Positions 5,651 to 15,133 of a stretch of 33,626 nucleotides of DNA are shown piece by piece. The DNA comes from a virus (taxonomy: Duplodnaviria > Caudoviricetes). The translations under genes were made by a program, and so were the position numbers. The stretch covers positions 1 through 33,626 of the IMG/VR virus record IMGVR_UViG_3300013118_000260, one strand, 5' to 3'. Below the pieces are notes generated by a model. It made no database searches and was not told the origin of the DNA. It worked only from the letters and a program-made list of their open reading frames with translations. Each line of letters starts with the position of its first letter. Position 1 is the first letter of the stretch.

Positions 5651-8567
5651 GATCTTTAAGTTCCTTCGGGATAGAACTCTTCTTGTCTAGCCTCTTAAGA
5701 TATTCAAATTTTTCTTCTGTTGTTTCACGCTTATTTAATTCATTTAATAGTTTTATTTGATATGCAGGATTCCTAGATTCAGATCTAGTCTTTGTTATTA
5801 TCTTTCTTATATGTTTTTCTTTCTCTATATCATTTAATTCTTGGTAGCCAGGAAGACTAATTAATGATTCCAATCTCTTTTTCATAAGCTGCCCTTCTAC
5901 CAAGGTCATTCTGTTTCTTTCTTCTGAAGACAATGGTAGACCTTTATACTTTTTCCCTATTTTTGTTGGGAAAATATCTAATCGCCTCAATTCTTCATCT
6001 ACGCTACTTATTTCATCCTTTGATATTCTAAAAGGAATAGCTGGCGTTCTCCGTTCAACCTTCTCTCCAAACACATCCATCTTAGGCTCAACCGTTTCTG
6101 ATAAGAATGGCAATCGTGCTTTAATGGTTTCAGGAACAGTGGTTGTTTCTCTAATGTAAGGATCTTTTAAGTTACCAATATAATTCAATAAGCCAGGAGT
6201 AAACATGCCTGAAATAATCTTTCTCCCCCAAGAAGCTCCATACATTTCAGGATTAGACATTGCTCTAACTAAGTTAGTGAGTCCTTGCAAATAGGTTTTA
6301 TTAGTTAATGTCTTACTCAGTCCACTCAAAGAATCCATGACTTTTTCTGCTGGCATTTCCTTTTCAGAGTTAGAATATCTATCAATTAAATTCGCTACCA
6401 TAGCAAAAGAACTGCCTATTGGTTCAATCCGTTCCAAAGGTATCCAATGATCAAAAAGCTTTATAGAATTTGGTTGTTTTCCCTCTCTGTAAAACATTTC
6501 CCTTTCCCCCTTGTTAGAAGGAATATCACCAGTAACATTGCCTCTAAAATATTGAAACCCAATCCAAGTAGCCGCAACTGAACTTGCACCTAAAAGCCCC
6601 ACCCTCTGCGCTAGTTGTTCTTGTGTTGCTGCTTTACCAAGAAAAGCTGCACCAAGAATAGTTCTCTCTATTCCAGCATTAATAATATCGGCAGGAGTTT
6701 TAACAAAGGGAATAAGCCATCTTAACCCAGGAATGTTCTTGCGTAATTTAAGTAAAGATTTTGCTATCTTTCCTGGTTGATTTTGGAAAGTTCTATATAG
6801 TTGTTCAGTTTTAATTTTCCCTAATCCAGTTAATCCTTTTTCGCCAAACTTGCGTATGCCTACTCCTTTTCTATATGCTTGAGCAAACTTTTCCATTCGA
6901 CCTATCATACCCTTGCCTATATCATCTTCTAGTTGCAGCAAGCTAGTAGGCAACAATTTCTTCCATCCCCTACGAGCGACCATTTCTTCAAACTTAGATC
7001 CAGCAACTTTAGGTACTTTACCCTTATGAAACAAACCCTTTATCATTGCTGGGATTTCACCAAAGAATACTTTTCGTTTTCCAGTTAAAGGAACCTTGCC
7101 TATACGTTTAACCCCTAACTTGCCTAAACCAGTTAATCCTAAATCTGCTACTGCTTGAGTAAATTTTTCTGGTATCTTCGCTAAAGCAAACAGGGCGTTA
7201 CTTCCTGTATTAACCATGTGAGTTCTAGGATCGGAAAGGATACTATTTAACCAAACAAAATATGCGTTATCAATCATTGTAGGATTAAAGTCTTTAGACA
7301 ATACTGTTTTCTTAAAGTCACTTAATCCCTTTATTAATGTTTTTTTAGCTTCTTTAGAAATTATAGGATCAGTTTTAATGTTTTTCATCTTAGCCAAGAT
7401 CATCTCAGATATTACTCGTTGTTCTTTTATTGGAATTTTAAATTGCTCTAAAGCTCCACCAACTTCAAACGCTGCTCTGGAAATCTCTCTAGTTTGTTTG
7501 TGCGCCAAATAATCCTTCATTGACCTACCCAAATCACCTAAGTCTGTCATTAACAAATTACGTATAGCCTTATCTTCTCCCTGACGTACCTTTAATACTT
7601 CTGCCCTTAATTGACCTTCTGGCATTTGGAATAGCCGCTTTAAGACAGGTGTGTTTTCTAATCTACTTGCTAAACTTATAGTCTCTTTATGTGAAATAGA
7701 TTTGTGTGCAGCTAAAGCAGGTTTTGCAGTAACTAATTCTTTTATTCCGTGCTGAACTTCTGGTTCATATTTCGTGAGATTAATATTCCCAATCTTAGGT
7801 AATTGTTCATCTGGAACAGGAACCTTTATTTTGGCAGCAATCTTCTCTTCTGGAACCACTGCCTGTATAGCAGGGGCAATGCCTTTTGCTGTAGGCGTAG
7901 GTTTTAATAACCCTGCTTCTCTCATTACTTCTCTGGCAGCACTAGCAGGGTGTAAAGGTACTTGCTCGGCTAATAGTCCTCTTGTAAACGTAGGAACAGT
8001 CTTAGCCAAGAATCTTCTTCCCCCAGGCGTGCTGGCTAACTTCCGCATTGCAGCCCCTCCTCCTTTAGTTAGGGCATACTCCCCTAGCCAAGTAGAAGGC
8101 TTAGTTGTTAAGCCAGCTGTTTCACCAGCCATTCTTGCAGCAAACATAGCAGGCCATGAGGTACTTTCTTCTAAGCCAAATCCACTTACTGCTATATCTC
8201 CAAAATCCCCTCCTCTAACCTTTTCTATTGTTTCTAAATCTTTAGGTGCACCAGCTAAAGCCCATTTAACCGCTTCCTCCCCTTCCCTGAAATAGTTCTT
8301 AGCAACAACCTTTTCTTCTGGGGTAAGCACCTGTTTCTTGCGAAACCTATTAAGGAAATCTAAGGGGGCTACATCTAAAACAGTACGGGCAATAGCCCCG
8401 CCTATAGATGCTTGCTTAGGGGCTGGTTGCTCAAAAAGATCAGGGATAACCATGGATTGTTGCGGAGGAGTTGCTTGATCGTACAAATTTGGAGAAACTA
8501 ATGATTCTGGTTTAGCTGTAGTATCTTCATCAAATAAGTCAACTATAACATAATTATCTTTTGGCAT
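5637..8567 (-). CDS. Large internal virion / DNA ejection protein (976 aa)
   Basis: Last and largest gene of the post-nozzle block; helical and basic; IPFVKTPADI, a hydrophobic stretch and D-x-F-G-E motifs resemble podovirus ejection proteins. Confidence 0.65.
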   Translation of the reverse strand: MPKDNYVIVDLFDEDTTAKPESLVSPNLYDQATPPQQSMVIPDLFEQPAPKQASIGGAIARTVLDVAPLDFLNRFRKKQVLTPEEKVVAKNYFREGEEAVKWALAGAPKDLETIEKVRGGDFGDIAVSGFGLEESTSWPAMFAARMAGETAGLTTKPSTWLGEYALTKGGGAAMRKLASTPGGRRFLAKTVPTFTRGLLAEQVPLHPASAAREVMREAGLLKPTPTAKGIAPAIQAVVPEEKIAAKIKVPVPDEQLPKIGNINLTKYEPEVQHGIKELVTAKPALAAHKSISHKETISLASRLENTPVLKRLFQMPEGQLRAEVLKVRQGEDKAIRNLLMTDLGDLGRSMKDYLAHKQTREISRAAFEVGGALEQFKIPIKEQRVISEMILAKMKNIKTDPIISKEAKKTLIKGLSDFKKTVLSKDFNPTMIDNAYFVWLNSILSDPRTHMVNTGSNALFALAKIPEKFTQAVADLGLTGLGKLGVKRIGKVPLTGKRKVFFGEIPAMIKGLFHKGKVPKVAGSKFEEMVARRGWKKLLPTSLLQLEDDIGKGMIGRMEKFAQAYRKGVGIRKFGEKGLTGLGKIKTEQLYRTFQNQPGKIAKSLLKLRKNIPGLRWLIPFVKTPADIINAGIERTILGAAFLGKAATQEQLAQRVGLLGASSVAATWIGFQYFRGNVTGDIPSNKGEREMFYREGKQPNSIKLFDHWIPLERIEPIGSSFAMVANLIDRYSNSEKEMPAEKVMDSLSGLSKTLTNKTYLQGLTNLVRAMSNPEMYGASWGRKIISGMFTPGLLNYIGNLKDPYIRETTTVPETIKARLPFLSETVEPKMDVFGEKVERRTPAIPFRISKDEISSVDEELRRLDIFPTKIGKKYKGLPLSSEERNRMTLVEGQLMKKRLESLISLPGYQELNDIEKEKHIRKIITKTRSESRNPAYQIKLLNELNKRETTEEKFEYLKRLDKKSSIPKELKDLIYS

Positions 8568-8570
8568 AAA

Positions 8571-9452
8571 TTATAACAACCTTTTTCTATTTAAAGCATC
8601 AATGATTTCATTTCTATCTTTCTTGTACGCATCCATGTTCTGTTGAATCATCCTTTCTTGTTCTGCTGTATAACCAGCTTTTAATTCTTTCTTTATTTCT
8701 TTTTCTGGCGTTTCCAATCCCCAAGCTTCTCTAACTGCTTGCTTCACAAGATCCTTCTCTTCTTTCTTTTGTTCTTTCTGTGTTATTTTTTCTGGCTTCA
8801 TCCAGCTTGGCATATTCGCTGATTTCCCAGTAAGCTCCTTAATCTTATCCCTGTTTTCTTCCCATGCCCTCCTAGCTGCTCCCTTAAACTCTTCCATCTG
8901 ATCAGCTGGATACTTACCCTGTGGTATAGCAGTTCTTCTAGCTTGGTACGCTTCCCGTAAATTCTCTATATCCTGCCAATAGGGTTGCGTAGCACCATAC
9001 CTTGCTGTAGTTGCATCTCTCTTTCGTGCCAATGCTTCATTTGCTAAAGATTTAGATTGAAGATTCTCTATCTGCGCTTGCGTTTTATCACTAGCCAAAG
9101 TATCCTGGGGAGCTACCTTAAAAGAAGGTCTGCCTGCTTCGTCATATTCAATGCCTATATCATATTCACCCGTACCAGCTAGATTAGCCATTTCTTTGAA
9201 CATGAACTTATTCTCTTCTTCTTTCTTTTTCTTTGCTGTAACTCTGGCAAATGAACCTAGCGCACTCTGCCAAGGATCAGGTTGCGCTTCTCTCATATAC
9301 CCTAAATTAAAGTATTTACCCATGCCAGATATGGGAGTAGGTTGCTGACCGAAATCACTGAACCCACCTGCTATATCACCCAGCAGATTTAATATAGGGT
9401 GTTCTTGCTGGAACCTATCTCCAATGCCAAGAATATCACTTAAAGTTGCCAT
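8571..9452 (-). CDS. Putative internal virion / ejection protein (293 aa)
   Basis: Synteny; Gly-rich N-terminus and coiled coil; SD AGGAGG. Confidence 0.55.
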   Translation of the reverse strand: MATLSDILGIGDRFQQEHPILNLLGDIAGGFSDFGQQPTPISGMGKYFNLGYMREAQPDPWQSALGSFARVTAKKKKEEENKFMFKEMANLAGTGEYDIGIEYDEAGRPSFKVAPQDTLASDKTQAQIENLQSKSLANEALARKRDATTARYGATQPYWQDIENLREAYQARRTAIPQGKYPADQMEEFKGAARRAWEENRDKIKELTGKSANMPSWMKPEKITQKEQKKEEKDLVKQAVREAWGLETPEKEIKKELKAGYTAEQERMIQQNMDAYKKDRNEIIDALNRKRLL

Positions 9453-9462
9453 TCAAAACCTC

Positions 9463-9690
9463 CTAAAATGATTGCGGCCAAGGACTACCACCAGGTAAAT
9501 ATTGATCTATTGCACCAAACCCACCAAAAGCTCTGCCACCACCATAATTCTTTTTCCAATCTAAATAAGGATTACCAGTATCCGGTAAGTCAAACTGGCT
9601 GCCCCCCCCTCCTCCTCCGCCAAATATGTCACCAAAACCAGGGACAAATTTATCAAAAATGCGACCACCAAAATCAAATATTCTATCCAT
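9463..9690 (-). CDS. Gly/Phe-rich ORF, in-frame continuation of 9703..10908 past one TAG
   Basis: TAG AAA TCC AGT TTT ATG is in frame; no SD before the ATG at 9690. Confidence 0.45.
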   Translation of the reverse strand: MDRIFDFGGRIFDKFVPGFGDIFGGGGGGGSQFDLPDTGNPYLDWKKNYGGGRAFGGFGAIDQYLPGGSPWPQSF

Positions 9691-9702
9691 AAAACTGGAT
9701 TT

Positions 9703-10908
9703 CTACGCTTGTTCTGCGTAATCTCTACCATATTGAAGCTCTAGGTTTCTCCAATAATCCCGATTTTCCAATTCAAACCTGTTCCATTGATCTTGTAAAT
9801 CCATCCCGTATCTAGTTGTATCAGCTTGATACTTCTGCATCTGTTGTTGCTGTAACAATCTATCCCAAGCACCCTGCTCACCAATCTGACCGAGGTACTT
9901 TTGAATATCTCTTCCGTATACATCAACACCAATCCCCTGCTGTCTGAGCAAGGTATCCATCATCGTCTTATCCCAATCTAAACCCATACGTTGCGCTAAT
10001 TCAAATGCCTCCATTTCTCTGCCCTTGCCTCGTTCCCAGATATCGCCTCCAAGCTGCATCCCGAACTGACCAGCACCCATAGCCTGCCCCGTTAATCCTG
10101 CCTGTGCTCCTATCCCATACTGTTCCTGCCCTGCTATATCCCCAAACACCCCTCTCTTAGCAGCAAACACATCTCTTGGGTATTGGTAGAGGTACTTGGA
10201 AAACTCCTGGTTATACATATCATCGTATTTCTCTTGTAACTTCGTCCATTGTTTAGCTGACGGGGTACTCCCCATCATGCCATGTGCAGCACTAATAGCT
10301 TTCCATTTACTTTCAGATTCAGCACGTTCATCTTCTATCTGTCTTTTATATGGATCTAAAATACGTCCAATAGTAGCTTCCTGGGCTGCTGACGGTATTA
10401 AATCAGCTAAACTCGTCAATTCAGTTTCCCTTGTCCCTGTCCTACTAACGAAATCATCTATCATCTGCTGAGTAGCTTGATACCCTACATCAGCCCTGCC
10501 ACCAAACAAATCAGCATAATCCAATGCTCTCTGCATCATAGGACTCTCTTCAGCCAATATCTGTTCCATCATTGTCCCAGCTTGAGCTTGACTGAAATCA
10601 CGTTGAGCCATTAAATCCTGCATCATTATAATACTCCAAGGATCTGAATAAGTAGGTTCGGTGATATCAAGAAACTGTGGATCTATTGTTCCTGGAGCAC
10701 TAGGAGCAGTTACCCCCGTTGTCCCCTCACCTTCACCTTCTTCACCGCTAATGGTTACACCACCGCCAGGAGAAGGTGCTGGTGTAGTATCTCCACCACC
10801 TGTGTATATCCAGATAGATTCTCCAGTATAACGATCTGGCCCAAAGAAATTCCACCCTGGTTCGTTTGGACGGTACTTACTTCGCAGTTTATCGCCTACC
10901 TTAGCCAT
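9703..10908 (-). CDS. Putative internal virion / ejection protein (Gln/Gly/Met-rich)
   Basis: Composition and AAHGMMGST motif resemble podovirus pilot/ejection proteins; first of the three-gene block. Confidence 0.6.
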   Translation of the reverse strand: MAKVGDKLRSKYRPNEPGWNFFGPDRYTGESIWIYTGGGDTTPAPSPGGGVTISGEEGEGEGTTGVTAPSAPGTIDPQFLDITEPTYSDPWSIIMMQDLMAQRDFSQAQAGTMMEQILAEESPMMQRALDYADLFGGRADVGYQATQQMIDDFVSRTGTRETELTSLADLIPSAAQEATIGRILDPYKRQIEDERAESESKWKAISAAHGMMGSTPSAKQWTKLQEKYDDMYNQEFSKYLYQYPRDVFAAKRGVFGDIAGQEQYGIGAQAGLTGQAMGAGQFGMQLGGDIWERGKGREMEAFELAQRMGLDWDKTMMDTLLRQQGIGVDVYGRDIQKYLGQIGEQGAWDRLLQQQQMQKYQADTTRYGMDLQDQWNRFELENRDYWRNLELQYGRDYAEQA

Positions 10909-10919
10909 TCTAAGCCTCC

Positions 10920-12047
10920 TTATTCTAACGCTTCTATACGAGCCTCTAACTCTTCTAATTTAGCTTGTGCATCTTCAGCCCAAATTGCTGTTCCTATAGC
11001 AATCCGGCAAATATCTTTACCGTAAAGATCAATTTCAATCTCTTGGATTGTCTTATCAGGATATTCAGTTTGCAACTCAATAAGTTTTCCTTTTTTAGTT
11101 TCCAGTTCATCTATCACTTCCTGGTTCTTATCAGGTTTATTTTTTTCTTTATTTATATTCCCTTCTAAATGTTCAAGTTCATTCTTACCACTTATCCCAT
11201 CATACGGTTTAGCAGGTTTCTTAGCATCTTCTAATGCCCAATCAAGGTAATCCGAGGCTGTAGCATCTTTAGCTTTCTTACCTTTCTTTTCCATGTGCTT
11301 ATCAATCTTAGGAGAGAACGTTGTCCATGAATTATCTGCATATCCGTTACCATTAGATGCAAAATAAAACTCTAACGAATTACTAGGATCATTAAATTCA
11401 AACCGTATGTTATTATTAGGATCATCGGCCATCAACAACGTTAAATCAGTGTCATCACTGCCAATCCTTTGAAAATAAATAACAGAAACATCATTGTCAG
11501 AATTATGAAACTCTATACCTTGGGTGTCTACCCCTGCACCAGTATAAATCAACGCACCATCTGAATCAAAATAAGTTGTTGCATTGTGCATAACAATATT
11601 GCCAGAACTACTAGGATCTATAGTAATATCTCCACTAGAACCGTCAGCAATGAGTATGCTTCCAGAATTTGTGCCAGCATTGGTATTAAGAGTCAAATCA
11701 CCAGTACCTTCAGTCGTCAGCGTTACATCTGTATCTAAATCCCCAATAGCAACCGTATCAGCAAATAAATTCACATCACCAGTACCATTAGGGGTTAAAT
11801 CCAAATCACCATTAGCGGTTGTTACTATATCGTTACTCCCTACATCCATAGTCAATGCACCGGTCATTGTACCGCCTGTTTCATCTAGCTTGGTTGTACT
11901 AGCCGTAGATACAGCATTGAAATCTGCGGTAATAGCATCCGCATCTGCCACAGCACCGTTAGTGTATGTGTTCTGAACAGAGTAATCACTAGCATAAACC
12001 TGTGCCGCTAATATTGTTCCACATAGGACTAAAACCAATTTCTTCAT
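10920..12047 (-). CDS. Tail fibre/needle-like protein with an N-terminal signal peptide
   Basis: Start reassigned to MKKLVLVLCGTILAAQVYA (SD GGGAGGAG). TYTNGAVADADAITADFNAV resembles a fibre attachment segment, followed by GGTMTGAL and LTPNGTG beta repeats and a chaperone-like coiled-coil end LEARIEALE. Confidence 0.65.
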   Translation of the reverse strand: MKKLVLVLCGTILAAQVYASDYSVQNTYTNGAVADADAITADFNAVSTASTTKLDETGGTMTGALTMDVGSNDIVTTANGDLDLTPNGTGDVNLFADTVAIGDLDTDVTLTTEGTGDLTLNTNAGTNSGSILIADGSSGDITIDPSSSGNIVMHNATTYFDSDGALIYTGAGVDTQGIEFHNSDNDVSVIYFQRIGSDDTDLTLLMADDPNNNIRFEFNDPSNSLEFYFASNGNGYADNSWTTFSPKIDKHMEKKGKKAKDATASDYLDWALEDAKKPAKPYDGISGKNELEHLEGNINKEKNKPDKNQEVIDELETKKGKLIELQTEYPDKTIQEIEIDLYGKDICRIAIGTAIWAEDAQAKLEELEARIEALE

Positions 12048-12057
12048 CTTCTCCTCC

Positions 12058-13650
12058 CTATTGATCCCCGTAATATTCACTACGTCTAATACCTTGTAAA
12101 TAAACTATAAACCCATAGAATTTAAAGTATTCATCCAAATCATCATTCCCGAACCTGAACTGTATACCCCAACATTCTTTATCAATCTCTCTGCGTAACT
12201 TAACATCATCTTCAGAACCCCATACGTCTGTACCCCACACCATTGTTCCCCATAAATTAGAAGCTGGGGTAAGGTCTAAAGTTCCAGAAGTCCAAGTGCT
12301 CCCTGAATCAAGACGGTAATAATCATCTAGTTCCCACGCACCACTGCCTTCTGCATAAACGTATTCGTAACGTATGTGCTTCATCCACGCTAAATCAAAC
12401 GTAAACCGTTTAGTGTCAAAAGTAGCGTCTATCGCTGCACTGTTATCATTAGTGCCAGTATACATTCTAAATACAGTTGAATTGTAATCAGAAGAATAAA
12501 TAAACTGTTCTAAAGTTGTAGGGTCTGTAACAGTTGTCATTTGCCCTGGAACTAACCCAGTCCAATCACCTAACCAAGCATCCAACAAATAGTCATAAGC
12601 TAGAATAACATTGTTCTGAGTAGCACTACCGTCACTAACACCCAACAAGTAATGGTCGTAATCTTTGAATACCACACTAACAGAATCGTCTAGGCGAGCA
12701 GGGTTAATAGCGTTAATATCAGTGTCTATCCGGTCAGATATTTGCGACACACTTGTGCCCTCTAACTTGTACACACCATCATAGGCAAGAAACAGAATCA
12801 TGTTATCTATGTTCTGAATACTCTTGTTACTTATACACCCTACATTTGAATTGAGTTTTGATACTACCCAATTAGTGTCTGTAGGGTCTGAAGCATCCAA
12901 AACATAAATTGACCGTTTCTTGAATATAACCAGATAGTTATTGATTGTAGTACCACTGTACTTCAACTCAGCTAATCCAGTAATCTCATCACCGTCATTA
13001 AAATCTATCTGAATTGTCCCGCCACTTGTAAAATCATCTGCCTCTAAAACGTCTGTATAAGATAGTCTGTTAGGAAAATCATCATTGCCGGCAGCCCATA
13101 ATCTGTTGCGGTGTACTATCTGGATAGCATTAGCTTCAGCTGTAGGAAGTTCTGTGGTCGTAGCAGAGGAACCATCCCAGTATACAGGGGTAGCTCCATC
13201 ATCCATAGCAATCGCTACTGTATCCCCATTGGTAAGCACAAAGGTGGTAAATGTAACATTATCACAGGTGAAACTAGTATTTATCGTATCCCATGTACCG
13301 TCTAACCCATCCATCTTGTAAAGATAGTTATCGTCTGAAGCGCACATGAAATAACGGTTGCCATCAGGAAGAGCAAAATCATGGAACCCTACTACATCTC
13401 CGGTAACAGCAACAGAATTAAGAACTGTTGCCATGCCGGGACGGGTGAGAATACTCCCTTCATCAAAATAAACATTCTGTGCAGAGGCAAGCTCCCGATC
13501 ATCAATCATCATTGGATTGAGAGCTTTATTAACACCTTTAGTTAGGCCAAAATACTTCTGTGCTTTAAGATTGTCCTGCGCTAGAGCTACCCTACACGTC
13601 AGCAGAACGGCGAGTAGTAGTATAAGTTTTTTCCAATTCAGTCCACGCAT
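12058..13650 (-). CDS. Tail nozzle / tail tubular protein B-like (P22 gp10 / T7 gp12 type beta-propeller) with a signal peptide
   Basis: Start reassigned to MRGLNWKK (SD GAGGT). Motifs AQNV..ILTRPG, HRNRLW, DGDEITGL, LVIFKKRSIY, VGCISNKSI, FLAYDGVY, ISDRI; follows the adaptor gene. Confidence 0.75.
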   Translation of the reverse strand: MRGLNWKKLILLLAVLLTCRVALAQDNLKAQKYFGLTKGVNKALNPMMIDDRELASAQNVYFDEGSILTRPGMATVLNSVAVTGDVVGFHDFALPDGNRYFMCASDDNYLYKMDGLDGTWDTINTSFTCDNVTFTTFVLTNGDTVAIAMDDGATPVYWDGSSATTTELPTAEANAIQIVHRNRLWAAGNDDFPNRLSYTDVLEADDFTSGGTIQIDFNDGDEITGLAELKYSGTTINNYLVIFKKRSIYVLDASDPTDTNWVVSKLNSNVGCISNKSIQNIDNMILFLAYDGVYKLEGTSVSQISDRIDTDINAINPARLDDSVSVVFKDYDHYLLGVSDGSATQNNVILAYDYLLDAWLGDWTGLVPGQMTTVTDPTTLEQFIYSSDYNSTVFRMYTGTNDNSAAIDATFDTKRFTFDLAWMKHIRYEYVYAEGSGAWELDDYYRLDSGSTWTSGTLDLTPASNLWGTMVWGTDVWGSEDDVKLRREIDKECWGIQFRFGNDDLDEYFKFYGFIVYLQGIRRSEYYGDQ

Positions 13651-14686
13651 GTAACCTCGACTTTTCTTTGCCACGCCATTTGACACGGCTATTAAATAAT
13701 TTAGCGTCATGTAAACTCATCATATAATCCGCTTTAGCATCTGCCATTTCAGCTATCCCTTTCTGATGCTGAGTGAATTTCCAATAAACATAATTCATGA
13801 TAATCGGATGAAATACTTTCTGGAACGGTAACTGCTCGTTATTGTTGTTTACTCTCAAAAACTTACAGTAATATTTAAGATTAATAATATATTCATCGTC
13901 AGGCGCAGGGTAAAGCAACACTCTCCTGCAAGGAGCAGGATCTATCTCATATGCGCTCGTACTAGCACTCATACCAGTTTTATGAACGGTAAGGGATGTG
14001 CCACTGGCTACCGCTGTAATCCGATACTCAATGTCATTAGCATCAACAATAAGAACCCTTCCCACCATCGTAGAATCCCAAGCTGTACCACTTCCCGTAA
14101 CAGTTGCACCAGAATTAGTAATAGTCCCAGTAGAATAATATGCAGAATCAGTCCATTCTGTCTCAATAAATTTCTGAGGTTCATCGCTATTAAACTCTCC
14201 CTTGTTATACCAAATATCCCAAACTTGAGAATCCTTCTCTAACGGTTCCTCATATCTGAACATAGCTTTAGTAGCAATGTAATCGTACGGTAAATCATAC
14301 TCGTCTTGGTATAACTCAAAGGTCAGGCCAGCTGTTGTTGTTCCCGTAAACGCTAAATCTAATGTAAGCTCAGTTGTAGATACAAATGCTGATATGCGGT
14401 ATATATCATCCACACCAGTTACCTTAATCTTCCTACCCACCATAGCAGAGGTAAATGTAGTTCCACTGCCAGTAAGAGTGGTAGAACCGTCTGTTACAGT
14501 GACAGTACCAGTTTCATAAGGGGCAATAGTACGGAAACGATACTCTCTTACTTGACTCTCAAACAAGTGCCGGCACATATCCTCAACCGCACTGTTCACC
14601 CATAAGCGAACACTGTTACGCCCGTCTGTAGTGTCTTTAGCACCACTACGTCTAAATGCTTCTTGATAAACTTCCAGAAGATTCAC
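13592..14686 (-). CDS. Head-tail adaptor (tail tubular protein A-like) with two inserted beta-rich repeats
   Basis: Helical N-terminus, YDLPYDY, LLYPAPDDEY, FHPIIMNY; duplicated TGT-x-T...GSGT...MVGR unit; GTG start with SD GGAGG. Confidence 0.7.
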   Translation of the reverse strand: MNLLEVYQEAFRRSGAKDTTDGRNSVRLWVNSAVEDMCRHLFESQVREYRFRTIAPYETGTVTVTDGSTTLTGSGTTFTSAMVGRKIKVTGVDDIYRISAFVSTTELTLDLAFTGTTTAGLTFELYQDEYDLPYDYIATKAMFRYEEPLEKDSQVWDIWYNKGEFNSDEPQKFIETEWTDSAYYSTGTITNSGATVTGSGTAWDSTMVGRVLIVDANDIEYRITAVASGTSLTVHKTGMSASTSAYEIDPAPCRRVLLYPAPDDEYIINLKYYCKFLRVNNNNEQLPFQKVFHPIIMNYVYWKFTQHQKGIAEMADAKADYMMSLHDAKLFNSRVKWRGKEKSRLHAWTELEKTYTTTRRSADV

Positions 14687-14698
14687 ATTAAACCTCCA

Positions 14699-15133
14699 TT
14701 ATAAAGGCACTGCTTCAACAGATAGTTTCTTTCCTTTACGCCAATCGTTAAAATCTTCGTTTAATTTCTTGCCACCACCACGATAAATGAACTTCTTTAT
14801 CTTCTTGTTGCCAGCCTCAGAATTAGCGTTCTGGCTGGTATATATCCCTTCAGCTGTATCAGAGAAGATACATTTGGTTATCTTGCCACTCTTGTTCTTC
14901 TTGATATACACATAGTCTTTCGGGGTAAGCTCGTTCTCGATAATGTAGGTAGCTACGTCATTAGTGCCGTAGATCGTATCCCTGAGAATAATGCCGTACT
15001 CACTCTTACCGTTAGCATGTTTAATCTGCCAAATTTCGCCGAGATAATCTGCACCAAACGCATGTAAACACACAATGAATATCGCACCTACTGTAACAAG
15101 CAATAACACTACTTCATCCATTCTTAATCTCAT
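14699..15133 (-). CDS. Hypothetical protein with a signal peptide or N-terminal anchor
   Basis: VVLLLVTVGAIFIVCLHAFG|ADY; Lys-rich mature part. Confidence 0.55.
   Translation of the reverse strand: MRLRMDEVVLLLVTVGAIFIVCLHAFGADYLGEIWQIKHANGKSEYGIILRDTIYGTNDVATYIIENELTPKDYVYIKKNKSGKITKCIFSDTAEGIYTSQNANSEAGNKKIKKFIYRGGGKKLNEDFNDWRKGKKLSVEAVPL

Noticed and set aside
7774-8295. 173-aa + strand ORF and many similar antisense ORFs (e.g. 11584-11976, 17813-18220, 24036-24461, 30441-30878)
   Set aside because: Shadow ORFs opposite well-supported minus-strand genes; no SD and no recognisable motifs.
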